Part shown: one piece after another, positions 1 to 8,418 of the stretch | Layout: the number at the start of each line of letters is the position of its first letter | How positions within the stretch are numbered: position 1 is the stretch's first letter | Virus record (IMG/VR): IMGVR_UViG_3300021475_000005 | DNA: 64,000 nucleotides | Reading direction: 5' to 3' (one strand) | Source: a virus | Lineage: Duplodnaviria > Heunggongvirae > Uroviricota > Caudoviricetes | Notes under the pieces: model-generated | Told to the model about the DNA's origin: nothing | What the model saw: only the letters and a program-made list of their open reading frames with translations | Databases searched by the model: none | Made by a program: the position numbers and the translations under genes

Positions 1-380
1 TCGTCCTCGCTGGTGTTGGCCTGTTCGTCGGGAAGGCCATGCGTCAATCGACCGAGGCGGACGCCAAAGCCGCGCTGCCTGCTGCAAAGCTCGTCGATGC
101 ACCGGTTGCTGCACGCGTCGAGTTGATCGGCACGGTACTGCGCACGACGCCCTACACCAACGATTTCGGGGGCGGTCTGGTGATTGCCATTCGTGGTGAT
201 CACGGCGAGAACATGGTCCACTTCTATTCGGGTAATGCCGAGTCTCCCGAAGCTGGACGCCGGTACAAAATCCGCGCCACGGTGAAGAAGCATACCGAAG
301 ACAAGCGCTCGCACGAGCCGCAAACCATCGTTAGCCGCGCATCTTATAAGGACGTGCCTGCACAAGGAGCGTTGCTATGA
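1..380 (+). CDS. hypothetical protein, 5'-truncated by the window edge; N-terminal hydrophobic segment
   Basis: The reading frame is open from position 3 with no upstream stop. The translation begins with a VLAGVGLFVGKA transmembrane-like stretch before the first Met at 39. Confidence 0.4.
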   Translation, partial: VLAGVGLFVGKAMRQSTEADAKAALPAAKLVDAPVAARVELIGTVLRTTPYTNDFGGGLVIAIRGDHGENMVHFYSGNAESPEAGRRYKIRATVKKHTEDKRSHEPQTIVSRASYKDVPAQGALL

Positions 381-874
381 TGAAACCGTGGCTTGTTCAG
401 CAATTCGAAATCTCCGGTCATTATACCGGTAGTCATGTTTATCGTTATCGTTTCAATCAGCGTGAAGTAATTCATGTGATCGCGGCGAAAGACGGCTTTT
501 ATGCTACACCAGAAGAACGTGAGCGCGTTCAGGAAGAATGCCAAATCATTGCCAATTTCCTTAATGGAAAAATGCGTGATCTGAATACTGACTACTATGC
601 GGACAATGATATCGCCCGCGCTGTCGAAAAAGCATTTCCACATTTTCAGGAAGAGATGGCAGTGACGCCGGAAGCCGTCGCTGAGATCGGCAAAGAATAT
701 TTGCAACTCATCACCGATCCCGGCCCGTCGAAAATCAGCTTCTCGGATCAGACAGGCAAAGTTCGTCAGATTGTTTACGATCAGGGAGATTCCGGAGCCG
801 GTATTCAATCCGGCTGGACGATCCCCGAAGACGCCGACTGGTACGCGGAAGATTGCGAGGAGCCATTCCAATGA
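377..874 (+). CDS. hypothetical protein
   Basis: 165-aa ORF. Its stop overlaps the next start (ATGA), consistent with translational coupling. Confidence 0.5.
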   Translation: MMKPWLVQQFEISGHYTGSHVYRYRFNQREVIHVIAAKDGFYATPEERERVQEECQIIANFLNGKMRDLNTDYYADNDIARAVEKAFPHFQEEMAVTPEAVAEIGKEYLQLITDPGPSKISFSDQTGKVRQIVYDQGDSGAGIQSGWTIPEDADWYAEDCEEPFQ

Positions 875-1155
875 CATGGCGTACTCCTCAATACCCCGGC
901 GATACCGTTAGAATTTTGGATGTTCGCAAAGACGCCGAAGTGGGGTCGATTCGTATCCAAGCTTATGGCAATCCTTCCAACCCAACATTCAAGGTTGGCA
1001 CATTTTTGCCCGGAGAGATCGAATGTGCGCCCGGCGACACGCCGAAAGTCTGGCCTGAAGAATTCGAATGGACGAAAAGCGTCGAAATTGCAGATCAGAT
1101 TTTCGACGCTTATACGGAAAAAGCATTTGCGGATGGATGGAAGGAAGTGCAATGA
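871..1155 (+). CDS. hypothetical protein
   Basis: ORF with an ATGA overlap to the previous gene, continuing a compact same-strand block. Confidence 0.45.
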   Translation: MTWRTPQYPGDTVRILDVRKDAEVGSIRIQAYGNPSNPTFKVGTFLPGEIECAPGDTPKVWPEEFEWTKSVEIADQIFDAYTEKAFADGWKEVQ

Positions 1156-1508
1156 AAGCGACACTCGAAGACTATCGCGACAAACCCGGCACGAAACTTC
1201 GCATGGGCTGTGGCACCCCGATCATGATACTGGCCCTCGCGGTCGGTATGATTCAGAGCGGCGGTCGCCGGTCTGGCGGTAAGGACACCGTTGCCGTCGT
1301 GAATCTGATGAGCGGCGAATGCCAGTTCTGGCATGGGAGCGCCGAGGTGCATCCGATGCCGCCGAAGCGCGCGCTTCGGATCATCCGCGATCTCATCGAT
1401 TCGCTTTCCTACATCAACAAGAATTTCCCCGGCACGAGTGGCTACAGCGTTCGTCATGAACGCATCGAAGCTGCCGAGGCTTTCCTCAACGAGATAGGTG
1501 CAGCATGA
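1152..1508 (+). CDS. hypothetical protein
   Basis: The ATG at 1152 overlaps the preceding stop codon. 118 aa. Confidence 0.45.
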   Translation: MKATLEDYRDKPGTKLRMGCGTPIMILALAVGMIQSGGRRSGGKDTVAVVNLMSGECQFWHGSAEVHPMPPKRALRIIRDLIDSLSYINKNFPGTSGYSVRHERIEAAEAFLNEIGAA

Positions 1509-1921
1509 AAGCCAAATTGAATATCATCGCCGACGAGAAGTGGACCCCCGTAGCGCGAGGCGGCGTTTATTGTTCGCCGCGTTGCGGCTATGGCTGTACG
1601 CGGGCTGCCTATGAGCGCGCTGTTAAGGAAGCCGATATCCTAACAAAACGAATGGGCGCGGGATGGGAACCGGAAATTTGGGAAAATGGTGGCTGGCACC
1701 ACGCGATCAACAAAGGCGTCGCCAGAATCGTTCCAAGCGTTCGGGGTAGCACGATCAGTGGCGTCTACAAGATAGACGGCTACAGTTGCTACCTCAACAG
1801 CGCCAAGCAGGTCGTAACCGATGCCAAAACGCCTGAAGATGCGTTGGGCTTTGCGGTGCAGACTGCGCGAGGTATCGAGCGCCAGATCGCAGCCGATCTC
1901 GAATTTATCGGCAGCGCCTGA
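1505..1921 (+). CDS. hypothetical protein
   Basis: 138-aa ORF with an ATGA overlap to the upstream gene. Confidence 0.45.
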   Translation: MKAKLNIIADEKWTPVARGGVYCSPRCGYGCTRAAYERAVKEADILTKRMGAGWEPEIWENGGWHHAINKGVARIVPSVRGSTISGVYKIDGYSCYLNSAKQVVTDAKTPEDALGFAVQTARGIERQIAADLEFIGSA

Positions 1922-1928
1922 TAATCGG

Positions 1929-2159
1929 ATGGGGGCACGATTTAAGAACGAACTGATGAATAATGCCTACAAGACGTTTCGGCGTCTAGGTGCATCTGGT
2001 ACGTTTCACAAAGCGGAAGCCATGTATGGCACTGCACACGAAGCGTACATAAACGGACATAAAGGAATTGCCGAAAATCGTTACCCTAGAAATTCTCTTT
2101 CCTACGCAGCATGGGCTGCCGGGCGAGACGACGCACGTTTAAAGAAGGAAACCATATGA
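1929..2159 (+). CDS. hypothetical protein
   Basis: In-frame ATG at 1929 just after the stop of the previous gene. Small basic protein. Confidence 0.35.
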   Translation: MGARFKNELMNNAYKTFRRLGASGTFHKAEAMYGTAHEAYINGHKGIAENRYPRNSLSYAAWAAGRDDARLKKETI

Positions 2160-2344
2160 TTTTTCAAAGCTGCACATCGAGCGCCAATTTTGCCATCAAC
2201 GCGGCTGAAGGCAATCCTATCCATCTGGCGCGCATGTTTACGGGCATGAGCGAAACGACTGCCGTCAATGTCCTCGCCAATCTTAAACGCGTGCGCCGCA
2301 TTGCCCGCGACAAGATTGATGTTCCTAACGACCTCGTTGTCTGA
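2156..2344 (+). CDS. hypothetical protein
   Basis: ATG at 2156 overlapping the upstream stop (ATGA). 62 aa. Confidence 0.35.
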   Translation: MIFQSCTSSANFAINAAEGNPIHLARMFTGMSETTAVNVLANLKRVRRIARDKIDVPNDLVV

Positions 2345-3000
2345 TGGGAAAGAAAGCAGCCGAGAAGAAAGAAAAGATCGAGACCTATCAGGTCGGCGAC
2401 GATGTTATCACGATCAAGCGAACTCAGGTTGCGCAGTACCGACCTTACGGCGACGGCGAAGTTGCATCGCCCGAACGTTCAAAATATGAAGTACTGATCA
2501 ATGGAGAATTACGCGGCTGGCTCGTGTTTCCACAAGGGTGGGGACAGTCGTGGCATCTGTACACCTTGCGTGAAAAGTCTTACCCAAGCGACAGTGTCGA
2601 TGGCGTTTTTGGGACATCGGGAGTCTATCATGTCGTAACTGCACCTTGCGTAATTCCGGGGTTACAGTTTGGAACGCAGTGGGAATCTCGCGCGCATCTG
2701 ATCGAAAATATTATTCCAGCCTTCAAGAAAGGCTTTCTTCCCTCTCAGTTGGAAGTAGATGCGCAAATCGCTGCCGATGAAGCGCGCAGGCTTCAAGAAA
2801 AGCAGCAGGAAGAAATCGACTGGATTGCGCACGTCAAGAAACGTGACGAAGAAGACCGTCAGGCAGAAGAATACCGTTGCGAGACCCTTGATGGGCTCAC
2901 GTCGATCAAGGACAAATATTTTTCGCAACTCACCAACCTCGAACAGGTCGCGATCCAGCGAGCCATCGAGATATATACCACGAAGAAGAGAAGGGGATAA
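2344..3000 (+). CDS. hypothetical protein
   Basis: 218-aa ORF with an acidic, coiled-coil-like C-terminus. Confidence 0.5.
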   Translation: MGKKAAEKKEKIETYQVGDDVITIKRTQVAQYRPYGDGEVASPERSKYEVLINGELRGWLVFPQGWGQSWHLYTLREKSYPSDSVDGVFGTSGVYHVVTAPCVIPGLQFGTQWESRAHLIENIIPAFKKGFLPSQLEVDAQIAADEARRLQEKQQEEIDWIAHVKKRDEEDRQAEEYRCETLDGLTSIKDKYFSQLTNLEQVAIQRAIEIYTTKKRRG

Positions 3001-3002
3001 CC

Positions 3003-3281
3003 ATGCAAATAGAGTCAGCCATGCCTGCACCAACGCTCGTCACTTCCCGAAAATCCGTCGCCGATGTGAATGCTCTCCTCAATGAGGCCCGTGAAGAAGC
3101 TCTCGTTCTTGCGCGGGCTGCGCTTGAGCGGACGCAATCGCTGACCGAGGAGGTTGGCGCTCTTGCATCTCTCGATGTCCTCAACCCAGCGCTCCGGGCG
3201 GAGTTCCAGACTCTCTTCAAGGCAATGGAAGGGCAAGCTTCCCGCATCAAAAGTCGGCTGGAAAGCGCCGGGCGTCCCTGA
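3003..3281 (+). CDS. hypothetical protein
   Basis: 92-aa ORF immediately downstream. Confidence 0.4.
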   Translation: MQIESAMPAPTLVTSRKSVADVNALLNEAREEALVLARAALERTQSLTEEVGALASLDVLNPALRAEFQTLFKAMEGQASRIKSRLESAGRP

Positions 3282-3343
3282 AGGTTGACAGTCCAGAATG
3301 AAAATGGTTTACCTGTCGGGGAATTCGACAGATAGATTCGGCG

Positions 3344-4555
3344 ATGCAGACGATCCAAGGCCACCACGGGGGCCTTATCAAGGCATGGGTAGACGGAGTT
3401 GAGTTTGAGGAATCGGCTCAACGACAGGTCCATAATCTCGCCGCGATGCCGTTCATTCATAAGCATGTCGCGATCATGCCGGATTGCCATGCGGGAATCG
3501 GTGCAACGGTTGGATCGGTTTTTGCGACCCGTGGCGCTGTCATACCCGCAGCCGTGGGCGTCGATATTGGCTGCGGTATGGCCGCGATTAGAACGTCCCT
3601 GACGGCGTCCGATCTGCCGGATAGCCTCCACGACCTTCGTTGCAATATCGAGCGTACGGTGCCGCATGGCGGTCTTGGACCATCCTCGGGATGGGGCGGC
3701 AAACCGGGTGGTATTCCGAACTCCGTCAAAAGTCGATGGAATACGCTGGAGCCGAGATTCAAGAATCTCTGTGAACGCTATCCGGCATTGGAAAATGAGA
3801 ATCACCTCATTCATCTCGGCTCGCTGGGCGGCGGAAATCATTTCGTCGAGGTCTGCCTCGATACCGAACAACGTGTTTGGGTCATGTTGCATTCTGGCTC
3901 TCGCGGCATCGGGAACAAGATCGGACGCATGTTTACCGAGAGCGCCCGTGAAATGCTTGGTAAACGAATTGGACATCATTATGTCCCCGACAAAGACCTC
4001 GCATGGTTCGAGGAAGGTGAGCAGCAGTTCGACGATTATATCGAGGCCATGCTTTGGGCGCAGGATTTTGCGGCTGAAAATCGTAAAGCCATGATGGAGC
4101 GCACGCTCAATGTGATGCGTACGCATTTCCCCGGCTTCACGACTGATAAGCACGCCGTCAACTGCCATCACAATTTTGCGCAGAAAGAACGTCATTTCGA
4201 TGCCGATGTATGGGTCGCGCGTAAGGGTGCGGTCGAAGCAACGCAGGGAAAGCTTGGCATCATCCCCGGCTCGATGGGCGCGAAATCATTCATTGTTCGC
4301 GGGCTTGGGAATCCCGAATCCTTTAACTCGTGCAGCCACGGAGCCGGTCGCCGTATGTCGCGGGGCGCTGCAAAGAAAACCTTTTCCCTCCAAGATCACG
4401 AGATTGCGACCGCTGGCGTCGAATGCCGCAAGGATGCAGGCGTGATCGACGAGACTCCGGGATGTTACAAAGACATTGATGCCGTGATGGCAGCACAATC
4501 CGATCTCGTTGAGATCGTCGCCACCCTTAAACAAGTTCTCTGCGTCAAAGGCTAA
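3344..4555 (+). CDS. rtcB: RNA ligase RtcB (3'-phosphate/5'-OH RNA-splicing ligase)
   Basis: 403-aa ORF containing the RtcB metal- and GTP-binding motifs: MPDCHAGIGATVGS, GGGNHFVE, HNFAQKE and NSCSHGAGR. Confidence 0.85.
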   Translation: MQTIQGHHGGLIKAWVDGVEFEESAQRQVHNLAAMPFIHKHVAIMPDCHAGIGATVGSVFATRGAVIPAAVGVDIGCGMAAIRTSLTASDLPDSLHDLRCNIERTVPHGGLGPSSGWGGKPGGIPNSVKSRWNTLEPRFKNLCERYPALENENHLIHLGSLGGGNHFVEVCLDTEQRVWVMLHSGSRGIGNKIGRMFTESAREMLGKRIGHHYVPDKDLAWFEEGEQQFDDYIEAMLWAQDFAAENRKAMMERTLNVMRTHFPGFTTDKHAVNCHHNFAQKERHFDADVWVARKGAVEATQGKLGIIPGSMGAKSFIVRGLGNPESFNSCSHGAGRRMSRGAAKKTFSLQDHEIATAGVECRKDAGVIDETPGCYKDIDAVMAAQSDLVEIVATLKQVLCVKG

Positions 4556-4556
4556 T

Positions 4557-4985
4557 ATGGAAGACGAACGCGACGTTGCACTTATTAACTGGCTTGCTGA
4601 TTTTATAGCAAGTTCAACATATAGTTTCGATATGTCGCAACCGACAGCGAAACCTCACTGCGGTACCGCAGGATGTATTGGCGGACACGCAGCAGTCTTA
4701 TGGGAAGATATCCGCGACAACAATTGGGGCGTCGATTCTGGTTATAGCTGGAAAGACGAGGCGCTTGCAGAGAAGCTCGGCATAAGCTGGCATGCGCATC
4801 GTGCAATGTGTTATCCCGGCGATGACGAAGAAGAATCATGTTTCAGTGATACTGGAACATATATCAATTATTCAAAAGTATCCAGAGAAAGTGCCGTCGA
4901 TATGCTGCGCAATTTCGCTCGAACTGGAGAAGTTGTGTGGCGTCAGTTTCCAGATGGAATTCCGGAGGGCTTCCAAGATGAATGA
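4557..4985 (+). CDS. hypothetical protein, paralog 1 (conserved CGTAGCIGGHAAVLW motif)
   Basis: 142-aa ORF directly after rtcB. It shares a long conserved block with the next gene: ADFI, CGTAGCIGGHAAVLW, LAEKLGI, CYP, EVVWR. Confidence 0.5.
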   Translation: MEDERDVALINWLADFIASSTYSFDMSQPTAKPHCGTAGCIGGHAAVLWEDIRDNNWGVDSGYSWKDEALAEKLGISWHAHRAMCYPGDDEEESCFSDTGTYINYSKVSRESAVDMLRNFARTGEVVWRQFPDGIPEGFQDE

Positions 4986-5406
4986 CGATTCTCGCGTGAT
5001 CAACGTTGCGGCCATTACCGAACTTGCCGATTTTATCGAAAAAGCAACACTCGATTTCAATATGGATGAGGCCTATCCAAATCCGGAATGTGGAACAGCG
5101 GGATGCATTGGTGGGCACGCAGCCGTCTTATGGCCTGATATCCGTATCGACAATATGGACACTGAAGGGGGATATCCAACCTATACATGGGACGATGAAT
5201 TACTTGCCGAGAAGCTCGGCATTGAATTTATAGAGGCCGAGCACCTGTGTTATCCGGATGGCATATTTCGCGACAGTGGTAATTCAATCTATTATCGCTG
5301 CTCCTACAATATTTCGCGTGCGCAGGCCGTAGAAACATTACGTAATCTCGCCAAGACGGAAGAAGTCGTTTGGCGAGAAAACGTTCCGATCAAAGAAAGC
5401 GTTTAA
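4978..5406 (+). CDS. hypothetical protein, paralog 2 (conserved CGTAGCIGGHAAVLW motif)
   Basis: 142-aa ORF. It is a tandem duplicate of the previous gene and its start overlaps the previous stop. Confidence 0.5.
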   Translation: MNDDSRVINVAAITELADFIEKATLDFNMDEAYPNPECGTAGCIGGHAAVLWPDIRIDNMDTEGGYPTYTWDDELLAEKLGIEFIEAEHLCYPDGIFRDSGNSIYYRCSYNISRAQAVETLRNLAKTEEVVWRENVPIKESV

Positions 5407-5420
5407 CAAAAGGAAATCCC

Positions 5421-5624
5421 GTGGAAAACTGGTCTCTTTCTGCCATCATCGTGTGGTTTGGCTTATGCGCTGCATTCGCTATTGCGAATTTCGCTGCATT
5501 CGTCCATCACATCGTTTTCTGTATTCAACATCATGAGTATCTCCTCCTAATTGCAGGCGTTATTCTTCCCTTCGTCGGCATGATTCATGGATGGGGACTT
5601 TGGCTGGGGTGGTTCGCGTCTTAA
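5421..5624 (+). CDS. small membrane protein
   Basis: A GTG start is preceded by AAGGAAA. The translation contains two hydrophobic helices (AIIVWFGLCAAFAIANFAAFV; LLLIAGVILPFVGMI). Confidence 0.35.
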   Translation: MENWSLSAIIVWFGLCAAFAIANFAAFVHHIVFCIQHHEYLLLIAGVILPFVGMIHGWGLWLGWFAS

Positions 5625-5959
5625 TGGCATCACCAAAAGATTTTGCCGGGTCGAACAAGCTTCTAAAAGGACCGCCCGGATACGAAGATAGAATAGGCGA
5701 TCTACCGGTTTACAACAGTGGCGTCGAGTCTATTTCACGTTGGGCGCTCAGCCGTGAAGAACTACAAGCCGTTGTTGAGTCTGGCGATGTTTGGGTTTCA
5801 GTGGCAGCCGGATCGAGTCAACCACCGATGAAGGTTTCGGGTTTTCCTTTGATGGAACTGCGGGACGAAAACGGAAAGACCTCAAAATATGATCCGGACG
5901 CCGGACTTATTCCGCGTCCAGTCCGCATCATCGAATTCAGAGAAGAATATTCCCTCTAA
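5624..5959 (+). CDS. hypothetical protein
   Basis: 111-aa ORF from the in-frame ATG at 5624. Confidence 0.4.
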   Translation: MASPKDFAGSNKLLKGPPGYEDRIGDLPVYNSGVESISRWALSREELQAVVESGDVWVSVAAGSSQPPMKVSGFPLMELRDENGKTSKYDPDAGLIPRPVRIIEFREEYSL

Positions 5960-6456
5960 TGCGCACAGTCCCTATCTCGGTTCTTCAAGAACGCTATATC
6001 TACAATCCAGAGACCGGGAAGATTTCTGCACGCATCAAACTCGGCAAGAAAGATATCGGCGAAGAGGTCGGTACGATCAACCACGACGGCTACATCGTTT
6101 TGAAAGTCAGTTATGATGGACGCCGCACTCAGATCGCAGGGCATGTTCTAGCATGGACATTGTTCTATGGAGAGTATCCTGAATTCGATGTCGATCATCG
6201 TGATACAGTTCGAACCAATAATCGAATCGACAATCTGAGAAATGCAACGCGATCCCAAAATCTCGCCAATCGAAATCATGTTGGTGAACTGCCGCGCGGC
6301 GTCACGAGGACGAAGAATAAAAACCGTCCCTATCAAGCTCAAATACAGTGGGAAGGTAAGAAGCGCTATCTCGGCAGTTTTGCCGATCCCATGGATGCAC
6401 ACGCAGCATATGTGAAAGAAGCAACTCTCGTTTTTGCGGATTTCGTCAGGATATAA
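5959..6456 (+). CDS. HNH homing endonuclease with AP2 DNA-binding domain
   Basis: An HNH motif (DHRDTVRTNNRIDNLRNATRSQN) is followed by an AP2-like segment (YQAQIQWEGKKRYLGSFADPMDAHAAY). Confidence 0.7.
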   Translation: MRTVPISVLQERYIYNPETGKISARIKLGKKDIGEEVGTINHDGYIVLKVSYDGRRTQIAGHVLAWTLFYGEYPEFDVDHRDTVRTNNRIDNLRNATRSQNLANRNHVGELPRGVTRTKNKNRPYQAQIQWEGKKRYLGSFADPMDAHAAYVKEATLVFADFVRI

Positions 6457-6462
6457 CAATCC

Positions 6463-6744
6463 ATGAAGAAAGCATACCGCGAGGCTTTGCTTCAAGTTGC
6501 GAAATTTAACATATTCGGCAATGCATTCCATTTAACCCAAAGACCAAAAACCATGGCAAAACTTGAAGTTATGGGATTGGTGGAAAAACGAAAGGTAAAA
6601 GTTCTTGGATATCCCTGTGAAACTTGGTTCGTCACAAAAGACGGAAAAGAAGCGCTCGCGCAAATCAAAGAAGAATACGGAGTCTCAGTCTACGGCAAGA
6701 ACCGCCCAAGGCTTAAACATCGACGCGGTCGAGGAAAAGTATAA
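6463..6744 (+). CDS. hypothetical protein
   Basis: 93-aa ORF. It overlaps the start region of the next ORF by 140 nt in a different frame. Confidence 0.35.
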   Translation: MKKAYREALLQVAKFNIFGNAFHLTQRPKTMAKLEVMGLVEKRKVKVLGYPCETWFVTKDGKEALAQIKEEYGVSVYGKNRPRLKHRRGRGKV

Positions 6745-7639
6745 CGCAAAATATGTCGGGCAGTACGATCTCCCGTCAAGTCGTGGACCGTATCTGATCT
6801 TCTATGTGGAAAACCCCGATACGTCGAAGGGACACGACAATTATTTTGCTCTACGCCGTGGGATGGGCCTGACATCGAAAGGCGCATTCGGCTGGACCGA
6901 TTCTGTCACCATATTCAATGGTAAAGGAATCAGAGATTCAGAATGGGCAGCCATTTTGCTTGAAGACGACACCTTTCTGGTTTCACGCTGGCACCACGAT
7001 TATGTAACAGGGCCGCGCGGAGAAATGTTGGATGGCGGCTCCGACTACACAAGATACAATCTTGAATTTCCACCAACGCATAAAATGAAGATCATCGACG
7101 GAAAGGAAGTCTTTACACCCGTGCCACCAAGAGAACCGAAAGTCAAAAACGACGAAGACTTTGAGAACCTCGATCTTACACCAGAACAAACCAAGCTTGA
7201 AGACTGGTACGGATATGGCCTGAATGGCGTCTCTGGTATTATGTACGATGTCGGCGAATTCCATCTTGCGTGCGATCAACCGGTTCGCTACAAACCGGCG
7301 CTTCCTACCGCCGATGAAGCGGCACTTCGTTTGCGGCTGATCACCGAAGAGTTCGAAGAAACCAAGCGTGCAATCGAAACCGGTGACATCGTCGAAGTCG
7401 CGGATGGGCTTGCAGACCTCATCTATGTGATTGCAGGTACCGCATTGGTTTACGGTCTGCCATTGGATGAAGTATGGAGCGAAGTCCACGATTCTAATAT
7501 GGCAAAAGTCGATCCTGAGACCGGAAAAGTTTTGAAACGAGCAGACGGCAAGATTTTAAAAAGACCCGGTTGGACACCTCCAGATATCAAAACCGTTCTT
7601 GGATTATTTAGCGATGACACAGCATCCGACGCAGCTTAA
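6605..7639 (+). CDS. MazG-like nucleotide pyrophosphohydrolase domain protein (start uncertain)
   Basis: The C-terminal about 140 aa carry an EExxE / EVADGLADLIYV pattern typical of the MazG/HisE all-alpha NTP pyrophosphatase family. The first 50 codons overlap the previous ORF, so the true start may be internal (for example the GTG at 6806). Confidence 0.5.
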   Translation: MDIPVKLGSSQKTEKKRSRKSKKNTESQSTARTAQGLNIDAVEEKYNAKYVGQYDLPSSRGPYLIFYVENPDTSKGHDNYFALRRGMGLTSKGAFGWTDSVTIFNGKGIRDSEWAAILLEDDTFLVSRWHHDYVTGPRGEMLDGGSDYTRYNLEFPPTHKMKIIDGKEVFTPVPPREPKVKNDEDFENLDLTPEQTKLEDWYGYGLNGVSGIMYDVGEFHLACDQPVRYKPALPTADEAALRLRLITEEFEETKRAIETGDIVEVADGLADLIYVIAGTALVYGLPLDEVWSEVHDSNMAKVDPETGKVLKRADGKILKRPGWTPPDIKTVLGLFSDDTASDAA

Positions 7640-8153
7640 CGATATAGGGCGTGCGATTCAATTTGCACTCGACCGCCACAAGGGACAGCTTTATGCCGGG
7701 CTACCCTATGTCTATCATCTTTCTCGTGTTGCATTTGCCTGCGGCGATTTCGGTTATATTGATCCAGTGCATCAGTCAGCTTGTTGGCTGCACGATGTTG
7801 TCGAAGATACCGAAACATCTATCGAGACTGTGATCAAAGAGTTCGGTATCGAGGTCGGGCGTCATGTTTGGGCGTGTACCGGCATTGGAGAGAATCGAAA
7901 AGAACGCAATCTCGACATCTCAAGAAAACTTCTCGCTTTTCCGAAGGGATGTATCGTAAAGGCTTCGGATCGTATCGCAAATCTCGAAGCATGCATTCTC
8001 GATCCCGGGACAGGGCAACCCAATCGCGAACTCGCTGGAATGTATCTCAAGGAGCGCACAGATTTCATCGATTTGATGCGTGGCTGCATTCCTGATCCAA
8101 TGTTAACGCGCCTTAACCACGCTTTCGACGAATTGACTCATATCGTGCCTTAG
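7614..8153 (+). CDS. HD-domain hydrolase, RelA/SpoT-type (small alarmone hydrolase-like)
   Basis: Contains HKGQ, YVYHLSRVA and WLHDVVEDTETSIETVIKEFG. This matches the SpoT/Mesh1 HD signature (H...HD..ED). Confidence 0.65.
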   Translation: MTQHPTQLNDIGRAIQFALDRHKGQLYAGLPYVYHLSRVAFACGDFGYIDPVHQSACWLHDVVEDTETSIETVIKEFGIEVGRHVWACTGIGENRKERNLDISRKLLAFPKGCIVKASDRIANLEACILDPGTGQPNRELAGMYLKERTDFIDLMRGCIPDPMLTRLNHAFDELTHIVP

Positions 8154-8185
8154 AACCATTCTAAATTGCGGCTGGCTCCCAGAGG

Positions 8186-8214
8186 TTGACAATGCATAAA
8201 ATCCTCGTTAGGTT
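8186..8214 (+). promoter_or_regulatory. putative sigma70-like promoter
   Basis: TTGACA, then a 17-nt spacer, then TAGGTT, located in the intergenic region upstream of the small ORF at 8243. Confidence 0.25.
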
Positions 8215-8242
8215 GTAAGCTGCAATCGATGGGGAGGGTTTG

Positions 8243-8410
8243 ATGCCCAAAAAATTCAAGATTTTTGTGTATGCAGCTATCGCGGCCCTCTTGTTTCCTC
8301 TTCTGATCAAGGCCATGATCGTTGGTGTGAAACCTTCCATCTTTCTCATTCTCGCCGGGTGCGCCGTGCTCTACGGTTTGACGACGCTCTCGACCCTCAA
8401 ATCCAGCTAG
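8243..8410 (+). CDS. small membrane protein (55 aa). Below the length cutoff of the supplied ORF track.
   Basis: A GGGGAGGG ribosome-binding site sits 4 nt upstream of the ATG at 8243. The translation MPKKFKIFVYAAIAALLFPLLIKAMIVGVKPSIFLILAGCAVLYGLTTLSTLKSS contains two hydrophobic segments. Confidence 0.45.
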   Translation: MPKKFKIFVYAAIAALLFPLLIKAMIVGVKPSIFLILAGCAVLYGLTTLSTLKSS

Positions 8411-8418
8411 GAGCCTCA

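Noticed and set aside
2930-4195. 421-aa minus-strand ORF antisense to rtcB
   Set aside because: It is Arg/Ser-rich and low-complexity, with no motifs. It is fully antisense to an ORF that has unmistakable RtcB catalytic motifs, so it is a GC-driven shadow ORF.
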